64,000 bases of DNA, taken from assembly GCF_009914755.1 (NCBI RefSeq), contig NC_060937.1. One strand, 5' to 3'. The DNA comes from the human T2T-CHM13v2.0 reference genome, Homo sapiens. Both the position numbers and the translations under genes were made by a program. Shown here piece after piece: positions 43,025-55,721 of this stretch; positions within the stretch are counted from its first letter, which is position 1, and every line of letters starts with the position of its first letter. The notes below the pieces were generated by a model, which saw only the letters and a list, made by a program, of their open reading frames with translations, ran no database searches and was not told the DNA's origin.

Positions 43025-44573
43025 TCACACAAAACATTGTCAAACAATAATATGGAAAACTTCTTTAATGCAATGTAGAATAATTACAGAACATTCAGAT
43101 TCTAAAATTAAATCAATTAATTCTTTGTGAGGAAAGCTAAGGGCACTAGTAAAATTGTAAGCTTAACATTTAAACTCAATTATCAGGGTTGGCTTGGAGA
43201 GCCTCATACACATTAGCATTGCTCACTAGTTTCACTATTTTCCTAGTGAAAAAACAGAAAATTTTACATAAATATGGAAAATGTTATAATACTTAGTACA
43301 CTGTTGATAAAAAAAGATCTTACATGTCAATTGCAATTTTACATTGCAATTAAATACATTCCTTATTCTGACATTATTGGAGTTTAAATAATGAATGAAA
43401 TAGATAATAATAGTGATTATGATAAAAAGATATTTTCATTCATAACCACAGTTCACTCATCAACTTCAGTAAGTTTAACTTTGATAAAGTAATTTTATCC
43501 AAGCTATTGCCCTTATGCAATTGCCCCAACAATGACCTTTGTAGCATTTTCCATTGCAATTGAGGATCTAATCTATGGTCAGACATTACATTAATTTGTC
43601 ATGTATCTTTAATCGCCTTTAATCTAGAATATTTCATAGCCTTTACTTGTCTTTTGTGCCAGTAACATTTTTGAAGACTATACTCTTCTCCTCTTTTAAA
43701 TAGAATATTCCTCATTGGTCTGCTGGTTTTTCATGAGGGAGTCAAGTTATACATTTTCAACCGAATACTTCACAGGTGATGTTGTGCCCTTCTCAGGGGA
43801 GGCATGCCAAGGCCATCTGTTCATCACCAGTGATGTTAATTTTAAGCACCTGGTGAAGGTATTGCTGAGCTTCTCCTTTGTATCATTACTTTTTGAAAAA
43901 AACGTTGAAGCGAATTAGCAATTTGTGGTAACACTGTTTAAGTTCATGGCAAGTTTCTGGTCTTCAACAAAATATCCCCCTAGATTTAGTATCCATTGAT
44001 GATTCTTGCTTTATCCAGTCTTTACCATGATGTTGCAAAATGGTGATTTTCCAGCTTCAGCATCACCTCCGCATTTACCAGCCAGCACTCAGCATTCTAC
44101 ATTAAGCAAGAGACCTTCCTTTTCCTCACCTATTTATTTATTAATTATTGGTATCACTAGTTCGTATTTTTTCAATGGTTTATAATGCATTACTTAATAT
44201 TTTGGTGTTCAAATTGTCCCTGACCTGGTCATTAGGGGTTTCTTCAAGTTGATTCCTTGGCTTTGTTGCAAGCCCCACACTTTTTTTAAAGCATTTCCGC
44301 ACTTTTAGACATAGTATGTTCCAGACTCATCTTGCATCATCTGGCTCTAGAATCTATCTCACTGTGGGTAATTAGTGAATACCACATTGTATCTTTGAAT
44401 TCCCAGCATAATTGATAGTGCAAATCTTTGCACAGATTATTTTAATATTAATTTTAAGGTATTTTAGCAGTTCAGCATGTTTACATGGAGTGGAGCCTTG
44501 ATTCTTTTTAGTGGAGAATAGTGATAGAGGCCAAATTCTAGGCATTAGATGTGCTTCTGGTTACTGGTGTGTG

Positions 44574-45155
44574 TGTATTAGGGTCCACCAGAGGGACAGA
44601 ACAAATAGGATATATGTATATATGAAAGGGAGTTTATTAGGAATAATTGGCTCACATAATTACAAAGTGAAGTCCCATGATAGGCCACCTGCAAAATGGG
44701 GAAGAGAGAAGCCAGTAGTGACTCAATCAGAGTCGAAAGCCTCAAAACCAGTGAAGCTGACAGTGCAGCCTTCAGTCTGTGGCAGAAGGCCTGAGAGCCC
44801 CCAGGAAGCCACTGGTGCAAGTTCCAGAGTCCAAAGGATGAAGACCCTGGAGTCTGGTGTCCAAGGGCAGAAGGAGCAGAAGCAAGCATCCAAGACAAGA
44901 AGAGGAAGGAAGCCAGGAAAACTCAGCAAGCAAAGTTATCCCACCTTCTTCCTCCTGCTTTTGTTCTAATCACACCGGCAGCTGATTGGATGGTGCCCAC
45001 CCACATTGAGGGTGGGTCTTCCTCTCCTAGTCCACTGACTCAAATATCAGTCTCCTCTGGCAACACCCTCACAGATACAGCCACAAACAATACTTTACCA
45101 GCTATCTGGGCATCCTTCAATCCAATCAAGTTGACACCTAATATTAACTGTCACA
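44574..45155 (-). mobile_element. MLT2A2-like (HERV-L) solo LTR
   Basis: agagggacagaacaaataggatata...gctgattggatggtgcccacccacattgagggtggg...caatccaatcaagttgacacctaatattaactgtcaca. Confidence 0.88.
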
Positions 45156-45480
45156 TGGGATATCTTTACTTCTTGACCCTTTCAGTGGACAGAGCTAGGA
45201 AATGTGAGTGTGTATACACATGCATACAGACACAGACATACATACACACAAACATAGAGGTATATGTGTATACAGGTGGGCATACACATACATAAACACA
45301 TACAACATATTTTAGACATTATGAGTTCAGATCTATACTTTCAGTTTCAATCCACTCCCATGGGCTTCTTTCTTGCCATCCTCACTGTATAGTTTACAAC
45401 CTACCTTCCTCTGTGAGAACTCTCGCTCTCAGCAACACAAATGCATTAACTCATTGTGCAATCCTATAATACATCTAAAT

Positions 45481-45678
45481 CAGGGACATCCAATGTTTTG
45501 GCTTCCCTGGGCCACATTGGAAGAAGAAGAATGTCTTGGGCCACACATAAAATACACTAATGATAGCTGATGAGCTAAAAAAACTTGCCAAAAAATTTCA
45601 TGATGTTTTTAAGAAAGTTTACAAATTTGCATTGGGCCTCATTCAAAGCTGTTCCAGGCTGCAGGTTGAACAAGCTTG
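45481..45678. mobile_element. MER30 (hAT-Charlie MITE)
   Basis: ttttggcttccctgggccacattggaagaagaagaa; perfect 8-bp TSD atctaaat at 45473-45480 and 45679-45686. Confidence 0.9.
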
Positions 45679-46049
45679 ATCTAAATTGTTTCAGAATCAC
45701 TTTACTCATACCACTACAATAAGTAAATCTATTAAAAATACTTCTGGATTTATTTGCAGTTCTCCATTCCCACTCCTTGCATACTCCATAAATATTATTC
45801 TAATGAAAGAACAAGTTTCGAAATCACCAGCATGGGACTTCCATCTACTGTTGGCCAAGACTATACATTTAGCATGAGAATGGGAATAGTCTTTACTCCA
45901 AAATTCATTGTTTCTTGTATTTGACACATTCATATTGAAAAGTGCAAATCCTAAATGACTTGTGTGTATACCAAGAGTATTTCTTTTAAAATTTGCTAAC
46001 TTTATACTTTTTTTCACCACTCACTAAGTAAAAATGGAACGTTGCACCA

Positions 46050-46533
46050 TTGGACCTTAAATGCATATTGCTAAGTGAAAGAAGCCAGTCTGAAAAGGCT
46101 ATATACTGTATGATTCCAAACATGACATTTTGGGAGAGGCAAAACTATAGAGGCAATGAAAGGATCAGTAGTTGCCAGGTGTTAAGGGGAAGAGGAGAGA
46201 GAGATTAGAAGGTGAAGCACAGGAGATTTTTAGGGCAGTGTGACTATTCTGTATGATACTGTAACGGTGGATGTGTGATATGCATCTGTCAAAACCCTTA
46301 GAACTGTACCACACCAAGAGTGAACTAATGCGAACTATGAACTTTAATCAATAACAGTATATCAATATTGGCTTACCAATTCTAACAAATTCACCACATT
46401 AAACCAGATGTTAATAATGGGACAGCTAAGGGTGGGGGCAAGGGTATATTTGGGAACTCTGTACTTTCCACTTAATTTTTTCTGTAAACTAAACACTGCT
46501 CTAAAAAATAATGTCTTTTAATTAAAACAAAAT
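46050..46533 (+). mobile_element. L1MC (MC3-like) 3' end
   Basis: ccttaaatgcatattgctaagtgaaagaagccagtctgaaaaggct...gctctaaaaaataa. Confidence 0.8.
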
Positions 46534-46928
46534 AACAGGTTGCAGTTCCAGAAAAACTCAGGTGGAGAGAGTTCCTGTTTAACATGGTGAGTATTTAAAA
46601 CATACCCAGCAAAGCCATTAACTAATACATTATCTATGGAGCTGAACCGAATATTTGCAAAGGTGGTTTTGTTGTGATTGTTGTTTTAACTGCTTGATTG
46701 CTTTTTAAGAACTATTGGCAGAATTGGATATTTTTAAAGGTAGAAGACAAATATATTTTATTTGTCTTTCAATGACTCATCTTTAAGCTCTTTACAATAC
46801 ACTCCCATAGAATTGCTAAGACAGACCCTATTGGCATCACCTAGTCTCCTGCATTGTGCATCCCTGACAGCTACTATGCAGAGATTTCCTAGATTGTGTT
46901 CAATGGCCAACCTGCTGAAACTGAGTGC

Positions 46929-47780
46929 AAATGCTAATATGCAATAATCACCAAAAAGGAGAACAATTCAGGATTGATACACACACCAGCTGCAATTCTG
47001 CAACCCGCTGAAAGTGAGTGTTTCAAGTGCAAACTCTTGCTGCTTTTCCTTGAGCCTCCTGGTTCTCTAGCTGTGGAGTAACAGCCTTGGTCTCAGGACT
47101 GACTTTAGGGAGACAGTCTTTTTAGCTTTCCTTGGCAATGGAAAACACTGCCCAGGGAACAAACTCATGTGGCTCTGATAGGTGGGTCATGTTATGTTTC
47201 AGGGCTGTTATTAGTAAGAACAAATGATTCTCTGCCCTTGCATCTTCATTCAGTACAGTGATTTCCATTACATTAGATTGAGTCATTAGATGAGTACATT
47301 AGATTGAGTCAATTTCCTCCCAGATCCTCAGCAAAACTCTCGAGCCAGTTCCTTACTACTTGGGGGATGGCTTGCCTGACTGAGCGCAGCTTTGGTGCCC
47401 CTGTGTTCTGGGTCTGTGTGTCCTTGTTGCTTAGTGCCTAGATGTTCTGCTCTGTTAATTTCCCTTGGCTTTGAAGGGAAGAGAGAATAGCAGTCTAGAG
47501 GGAGCTGGCTTTGATGGGAAGTATGATTTTCAGGTAGATTTCACTGTCTCATGCAATCGTGTGATTTATGTCATTTCCCTAGTAACTATTTCTGGTGACA
47601 GCAGAGTCACTTCTTCATGCCAGCCATTTTATAGATTTTATGAATGCAAAGGAATATTATTTAGCTACTTATAATAACAATCATATGGGTTATTATCAAT
47701 TTTAAAAATGCTAATATGTAATAATCACCAAAAAGGAGAACAATTCAGGATTAATACACATGCCAGCTGCAATTCTGCAA
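46929..47780. repeat. 75-bp dispersed direct repeat (46929-47003 and 47706-47780)
   Basis: aaatgctaatatg...ccagctgcaattctgcaa, 71/75 identical, offset 777 bp. Confidence 0.92.
47271..47311. repeat. 3 x 13-bp tandem repeat
   Basis: cattagattgagt / cattagatgagta / cattagattgagt. Confidence 0.85.
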
Positions 47781-48459
47781 AAATTTAATTTTATAATCAT
47801 AAGATCAGAAGATAATTTGGTGAGAGAGTTTAGAATCTAATAATGTTCGTTCATTTCCTTTTTTTCCATAGAAGGCTCTGGTGTGATTCAGGCTTTGCTT
47901 AATTTTCATGTAAACCTGGAAATATGGAGGAGGAGTGGCTCTTGGAAATTCTGACTTGGAGACTCTCAGGCTTATTTTCCAAATAAGTGTGAAAAACTGC
48001 TGGAGATTCCTTCCTCAGGCCAGACCCATACTTTCTGGGCCACCTTGTTCAACTTGTTTAAGTAGATCTAGAACACTGGAAATCTTTCCCTAAGCTTCTG
48101 TCTCCCTCACCTCTCACATCCAAATTCATCACCATCCACTACACCAGATCCTATGGATTTAAACTCCTTTAATATATTTCAAATCATTCATCTTCATCTC
48201 TTCAAGTCATCACCCTAGTTCTTGCTAATATTATCTCTCACCTAAAATGCTGCACCACCATCCTAAATGATTGTGCTAAACTCAGGCTTACCCTCTTTTG
48301 CAATCAAGTTAATTTTTTGTGAAACTTGCTATAATGGAGGTAAAACAAACACAGTAAAATGTTCAAATTTTAGTTTTGTAGCTCAATCAAATTTTGCATG
48401 CATGCCTATCTATAATTACCATTTAGATCACACAGAACATAGAGAAAGCCAGAAACTCC

Positions 48460-48710
48460 CAGTGTGGGCCATGTTGGGCTGTTGCAATTCACTGACTCCA
48501 GCCAATGGGAAGAGGAAAGAGTCTGATAACGTAAGGCCCAGCATGGTCTCAGCCTGTGTTCTGTGGGAGGAAAATTAATGACATGGGCACACCCAACTAA
48601 CATGGCTGGGAAATGTAGTTCTAACTGGGTAACCATGCACCCAACACATTCTAACACCATGGAAGAAAAAGAAAATAGACTGTGATGGACAACTACCAGC
48701 CTCAGCCACA
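48460..48710 (-). mobile_element. MLT1J-like LTR fragment
   Basis: ggctgggaaatgtagttctaactgggtaaccatgcaccca...gatggacaactaccagcctcagccaca. Confidence 0.6.
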
Positions 48711-50190
48711 ATATTATTACAATATTAGTTTTTCCAATCCGTCAGACATTTTTTATCTTGCTATATATTTAGCACTTCTTTACTTTCTTCCAACACAGTT
48801 AAATAATTTTCTCCACAGAGTTCTTGCATGTTTTTTGTTAGATTTCTTTCTTGATGTTTCATAGTTTTGATGCTATTCTAAGCACTATTTTTGTTTCCTT
48901 TTCTGTTGTGACTTACATATAGAGATGCAGATTTTTGTATGTTTATTTTATGCATATATTTTTAAAACCTGACTTAACTCTCTTTTAAATTCTAAACACT
49001 TTTATGGATTTTTTGGGTTTTCTATATATACAATCATATCATCCATGAGAGATGATAATTTTATTTCTTTCTTTTTAATTTTTTTTGGGAGGTCTGACTG
49101 TACTGGCTAAAACTTCCAGTAAAATGGTGACTGGAAGAGGCAATAGTTATCATACTTGTCTTATTCCTAATCTTAAAGGGAAAGGTATGAACTTTAAATA
49201 CTGTGATTGATGGAGGATTTGTAGATACTTTTAATCAGATTGAGGAATGTTCCATCCACTCATACTTACATGATTATCTCAGTGAACTGAGTGGATGCTG
49301 AAGTTTTTCCAATGCTTTTTCCACATTCACTGAGATAATCATGTAATTTTTCCCCTCATTTAATCTGTTAATGTGGTAAACCACATTAATTGATTTTGTA
49401 ATGTTAAATCAATCTTGTATTGCTAGGATAAGCCCAACTTTCCTATGAAATCCTCTAGACCTAGACTTTTCTTTGTGAAAAGATTTGTAATTACTGACTT
49501 TATTTTCGTTTTTAATAATGGTAACAGAATTGTTCAGATATATGGTTTTGTTATTGTTGATCTGTTTGGGTAAGCTATATTGGTCTAGAAATTTTTCCAT
49601 TTTGTTTAAATTTTCAAATTTATTGGCATGAAGTTTTCATTTTATTCTTTTACAGGTTTACTCCTAAGCCTGCGGCATGAATACAAATGATGGCCCACAT
49701 ACCATATGTCTAAATGTTGATAAGTTATGAATCAAGTTAATGAACTATTAAAGAAAATATGTCCTAGCCTTCTAACTTGACAAATATACCTCTATAACAA
49801 TCTAAAAAGACAGATTCAAATTTAGAATTCTTTCACTTTTCAAACACCACTTCTTTCTAATCTCCTATATTACTGTTTGTAATTTTCTGTTCTCTGCTGA
49901 CATGTTCTAATTTTGCTTTTATTTCTTTGAACATCCTATGCATACTTATCTTAGGATCTGTACTGATACTTCCAATCACAGACCTGTGTGTATTTATTTT
50001 GATTAGCTGTTTGTTTCTGCTGGTTCTTTTTCCTGGTGACATGTTTCCTGTGTGCCTAGTTATTTTTTGACATTGCTGAACGTTTTAACTAAAATTTTAA
50101 TTATAGGTGTAATTAAGGCTAAGGTGATAGAATCTCAGAGGGATTTTTTTTGTTTGTTTCTGTCAGGCATCTGGGGTGCTTTCAATCTGG
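48711..50190 (-). mobile_element. Old L1M/L1ME fragments (ORF2 region), with a hAT-Tip100-like insert at about 49652-49840
   Basis: acaatcatatcatcc...cttgtcttattcctaatcttaaagggaaag; ORF 49409-49600 MEKFLDQYSLPK resembles L1 ORF2. Confidence 0.65.
49266..49346. repeat. Perfect 21-bp inverted repeat, 39-nt spacer
   Basis: ttacatgattatctcagtgaa (49266-49286) / ttcactgagataatcatgtaa (49326-49346). Confidence 0.93.
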
Positions 50191-50197
50191 GACCATC

Positions 50198-50508
50198 TTT
50201 TTTATTTTTATTTTTTTAGAAACAGAGTCTCGGTCTGTCACCCAGGTTGAAGTGCAGTGGTGCCATTGTAGCTCATTATAGCCTCCAATTCCTGGGCTCA
50301 AGAGATCCTCCCTCTTCAGCCTTCTGAGTAGCTGGGACCATAGGTGTGTGCCACCTTGCCCAGCCTTTTTTTTTTTATTTATTTTTCTGTAGATATGGGG
50401 TTTTGTTGATGTTGCTCAGGCTGGTCTCAATCTCCTGGCCTCAGGCCACTCTCTTGCCTTGGACTTCCAAAGTGTTGGGATTACAGGCATGAGCCACCAT
50501 ACCTGGCC
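50198..50508 (-). mobile_element. AluJ
   Basis: Diverged dimer, cctgggctcaagagatcctcc. Confidence 0.9.
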
Positions 50509-50513
50509 CAGAA

Positions 50514-50653
50514 TTTCTTTCTTTTCTTTTCTTTCTTTTCCTTCCTTCCTTCCTTCCTTCCTTCCTTCCTTCCTTCCTTCCTTCCTTCCTTCCCTTCCTT
50601 CCCTCCCTCCCTCCCTCCCTCCTTTCTTTCTTTCTTTCTTTTCTATTTTCTTT
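50514..50653. repeat. Compound (TTTC)n/(TTCC)n/(TCCC)n polypyrimidine repeat
   Basis: About 140 bp almost purely C/T. Confidence 0.95.
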
Positions 50654-50803
50654 GTAAAATAATATACTTAAAATAGTACTTATGTTATTCTTTTTAATTT
50701 ATAATTGTGTATTCTGCTTTATAAGATCAAATCAGATTTCTTCCAAAGAAACAAGAAGGCTGGAGGAATGAAGGTCAAGCAGAAATGCTGATGCCTTTCA
50801 TGA

Positions 50804-51249
<446 letters not shown>

Positions 51250-53367
51250 ACACATGATCTCTTTACTGCCAGTGTCTCAGGAATAATATTATGGTTTCTA
51301 CTTCTCTCCTACCTTTCAAAAGCTTGTGTGAGTATCTCTCACAGGCAGAACATAATCCAAACCTGTGCTGGCAGGCATTCTGAGAAATGTAGTTCCTAAT
51401 CTTGTAGCCATTGCAGTTCGAAGATCTTGGAAAATAGATAGTGCTGGGTTTCCCACAGATAATTGGTACAACACAAAATACACCAAAGTGCAGATATTTA
51501 ATTAAAAGTAAGTAAAAATATCTATAGGTGGTACATGCTCAAAATGTTTTTATGCTAGTGCAATCTAAACCTCCTTGTATAATACTTATCTAGTGCCTAT
51601 CAGCTCCAGGGAGTCTTTCACTCTCTTATCTCTCCATTACTGTTTCTAGTTCATAATCCTTCTCCCTGCCCTCTTGCTTTTTGATCACCTCCATCCTCAT
51701 CATCCAGTAGACTTTTAGGACATATCAATTTCCTTCTTCTCCATTTTGTGTAGGTCTTATGCTGTGTAGCTGGTCCTCCTGAAAATCAACCTGGGAAATA
51801 GAGGTAGTAGAGGATAAAGATGAGTGGGCAATGCTCAAATGCTCTAATATGGGCTAGAGAGAGGGAAAAGTTGCAAACCACTATTCACTAATAAAATTGT
51901 CTCCAGCACACACACAGAAATGATTACAGACAATAGGTTTCTGTCCCTGAGTAACAATAATCTAGTCCCAAAGACCTAGATATTTTGTAAGACTTCTTTC
52001 TCCAGCATCCATCTTGTTTTTCAGCTTGCCTTTTTGGCCTCCAGGAACTGGCCTATTATTTCATCTACCCCAACCCATGGACAAGTCAGAGAGCCTTCCT
52101 TGCTAAACAAACAAAATAACAGCAACCAAAAAATTATTCAATGCTCCACCCACTCAACTCTGGCATCCATGAGGGTCATGTGTAGTTCACAGATGATTCA
52201 CGGGACCATGTCAATGGACTCCCATTCGGAATCAAGAAAGACTCAGCCCTTCCCCCAGGGTGACAGGCAGCTCACCTCTGCACTCTTACATGATTCACTC
52301 AGGGCAATAGCACCTTCATCACTCAATGGCAGAGCCTGCCCAAAGTAAGCAGACCACACATCAAAACAGAAAGCTAGTGCCCTCAGCTTGGGTCTACTAG
52401 GATCCTGGTGATAAAAAGATAGAGGCTGGAACCAAATACCTCTTACACCTTTGACTTTTCTATGACCAATATTGCCTGTGGAAACAGGGTTAGAATGAAA
52501 AGGACCTTATTATCTCTCTGCTCACAGTGACTTGTAGGATTGAAAAAGAACCCTATTGGAAGCTCTGTTCTGGGCTGAAGCCTATCATCCCTCCTAGCAT
52601 GAAGGAGATACTTGAGTCATTCTTACTGGGTTCCTGGGCTGCACTGTGAATGCCAGCATCTGCTTCACGGGAGAGGAAGGAAGAAAAGAGAGAAGCAGAA
52701 AAGATATTTATGCAAAGTATCCTGTATTAGTTCCATACTTTACTTGGTTCGGTATTAAGTGACTTCTTTTTTAATATCTTAAAGTAGCAGAGGAAGGTAG
52801 GCTACAGGCATTTTAATGTAAATGTGGATTTCTGGGTAAATACAATTTAATAGTGGTTTCTACTTTGTGGATGATCCTATGCCCCCAACTGAGGAACTTG
52901 TTCTTAATGCCACACTTCCTGGGGAAGACACAGCTGCCAAATTCCTTTGCACAATCCCTAAAGAATGTTTTTGCCTTGAAAGTGTATTTGCTCAGCCTTG
53001 TCAGGTTTGGCTGTGAAGGGTGGGTCAGCCCACTGGGTGTGCTGCATACCTTCCTGGAGAGACCCAGGAAGCTGCCCAGCTACGCAAAGGGCAGTCAAAT
53101 CTCTAGGTGGAACATTAGAATTTGTTTACTATGGTTAGGAATTTGCCCAGAGGTATCTGAAGTGCTTTGCTGAGGCTTTCTGGATGATAATTTTTTTGTT
53201 GCAGTTTTTAAATGTTTGTTTGTTTACAGAAAATGACTTCACCAACATAATTTTTAACCTTTCTTGATTTACCTCTGTGAAATCAGTGAAATATATTGGC
53301 GCTGTTTCTAGAAATTTCTGCAGTCAACTCAAGTAGCACCTGAAAAAGTCCCACAGCCTGTTGGCCA

Positions 53368-53794
53368 GTACATGTGCAGGATGTACAGGTTTGTTACCTA
53401 GGTAAACATGTGCCAGGGTGGTTTACTGCACATATTGTCCTGTCACCCAGGTATTAAGCCTGGCATCCACTAGCTATTCTTTCTGTTCCTCTCCTTCCTC
53501 CCACCCGCAATCTTCTGACAGGCACCAATGTGTGTTTTTCCCTCACATGTGTCCACGTGTTCTCATTGTTCAGCTCCTGCTTACAAGTGAGAACATGCAG
53601 TATTTGGTTTTCTGTTCCTGTGTTTGCTAAGGATAATGGCCTCCAGCTCCATCCATGCCCCTGCAAAGGACATGATCTCCTTCCTTTTTATGGCTGCATA
53701 GTATTCCGTGGTGTATATATACCACATTATCTTTATCCAGTCTATCATTGATGGGCATTTAGGTTGATTCCATGTCTTTGCTGTTGTGAATAGT
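53368..53794 (-). mobile_element. L1PA10-13-like 3' fragment lacking poly(A)
   Basis: gtacatgtgcaggatgtacaggtttgttac...; ORF 53581-53823 [17 protein letters not shown] is the ORF2 C-terminus. Confidence 0.88.
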
Positions 53795-55099
53795 AAAGCT
53801 GCTGATTTGACTGTATGACCCATCGCTTCACTAATTGAGCCTTGTCTTACTTCAGTAGAGACTCCTATGGGGTTTTTTTTACCCAGCTTGACTCCAGATT
53901 TTTCATTTCATTTTCATTCCATTACTGTTGGGAGAAATAAAGATTTGGAAGAAAGAGTCAAGGACAATAGATCTTATAAAGTTGCTTCATCAGAAACCTA
54001 CTGGGGATTACTTTTGCTGTAAGACAGAAATTTCCTCCTACTTAATATTTTTTTTTTAATTTGGAACCCATCTATTTCAACAGATGTAAAATAGACCTTG
54101 GTTGGAAAAGGAAAGGCAGAGAGGGAATATCTGCTTATGGATATTAGTGATTGAGGATAATGCACTTTATGTATGCCCTTTTCTGTAGTTGAAGATGAAT
54201 ATAATAGTGTGTGGACAACACAACCTTTCCTTAAGTAAATGCGCATGTAAAAGTGGCTTACATTCCCATGTAGGATACAGGAAGAATAATATTTGATTCT
54301 GTGACATGAGCGCATCAATTTAGAAAAATTTGTTTCAGCTCACAATTTGCCATTTCGCCTGTGATGGCTTTTTCTTTTAATGGTGAGACTTAAGTTGTGA
54401 CACTTGACAAGCCTTCATAAGGAAATACATCAATTTAGGAAAGTAGCATGTACTGCATGTGTCTGTATTGCTTTCTACATTTCTACACCTACTCATTTGA
54501 CAGGGTTTATGGGAAAGCAAGATGGGTGAAGTGTGTGGGGAGGTTCATGTAGTGCAATGTTGGGGGTGCCAGGAAGGCCCAGTTTTCTAAGATAATCACA
54601 CATTTTGGCTGTGAACGAAAGGAAATTTCAGTCTTTTATTCTGAAGACCTGCACTGGAATGAATCACAGAGCTTCTCCAGGAGTCTGACAGTGTAGGAGG
54701 GGGCATCAAGTCAACCAACTTTCCTTATGCCCTGTGGTTCTGGGTCTTTTCAGGCTAGTGTAGTTGCATAAGTAAAGATCAAACAATTCAATTTCCCAGC
54801 CTTTCTACATGGGGTTGGCCATGGGTGTGTAAGTTAAGGACTACTCCCTGTTTCTGTATTGCAGAATTATGGTTAGACTGGCTAAACAAGTCAGGTTTTG
54901 TGAGTGTTTCTGAGAGGAAAAATTCTACCCATGACACTGTAGGGCAGATGAAATGGTGAGAACTCCAGTATTAACTTCTAAACACAGAAAAAAAAAAAAC
55001 ACATGCTACCATGACAAGGCTTCTTAAGAGGACCATGGAATAGCATCCAATGGAAAGTAGGCTGGTAAGAGTGTTGCAGCAGAAGCACCAGCAGCAGTG

Positions 55100-55300
55100 G
55101 AGGTGGCAAGAAGCAGAGGGTTCAAAGCCCTGGCCTCTTCCTGTACCATTTGCCTGCTGTGAAATTGACATGTGGCTTAACCTTTCTGAATCTCAGTTTC
55201 TTCATGGGTGAAACAAAGATTATAACAGTACTTTAGAAAGTTTTTATGAGAATGAAATCAGATAAGGTATATGTGCTTAGATGCTCATCAGACAGAATAC
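55100..55300 (+). mobile_element. MIR
   Basis: gggttcaaagccctggc...cttaacctttctgaatctcagtttcttcat. Confidence 0.7.
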
Positions 55301-55532
55301 ATGGTCGAGAAATGTTCCATAATTTTGAATGAACTCTGATCTTACTTCCATGCTAATTAATTTATTGGATCTTTGCCAAGTCACCTGAAGGAGTCAGAAT
55401 CTCAGTATTCTTCTCTGGAAAATGAGGTTTCAATTACAGGTTTATGACTCTTTTCTCACTGAGCATTCCCTCCTCCACAGGGAGAGGGTGAAAAGGGAGA
55501 GGGATGTTCTGACAGGGTTGGTTAGCACAGAC

Positions 55533-55721
55533 CAGAGGTTGGCCAAGTATCGCCTGCTCCGGCCACTGTAGACCATTCTGCTCACACCCATTCCTTTCCC
55601 ATGGTGGCTATGGCTGCTTTCTGCTATGACAGGGCAGAGTGGAGTTTTTGCATATGGCCTAGAAACCCTAAAATACAATATTGACTTTCAGGCCCTTTAA
55701 GAAAACAACTGCTGATGTCTA
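55533..55721. mobile_element. MER58A-like hAT-Charlie MITE
   Basis: cagaggttggccaag...tatggctgctttctgctatgacagggcagag...ggccctttaagaaaa. Confidence 0.65.

Noticed and set aside
44581-44599. Second CTCF-like motif GTCCACCAGAGGGACAG
   Set aside because: It mismatches the conserved GGC end of the core and lies at an LTR terminus; too weak without ChIP data.
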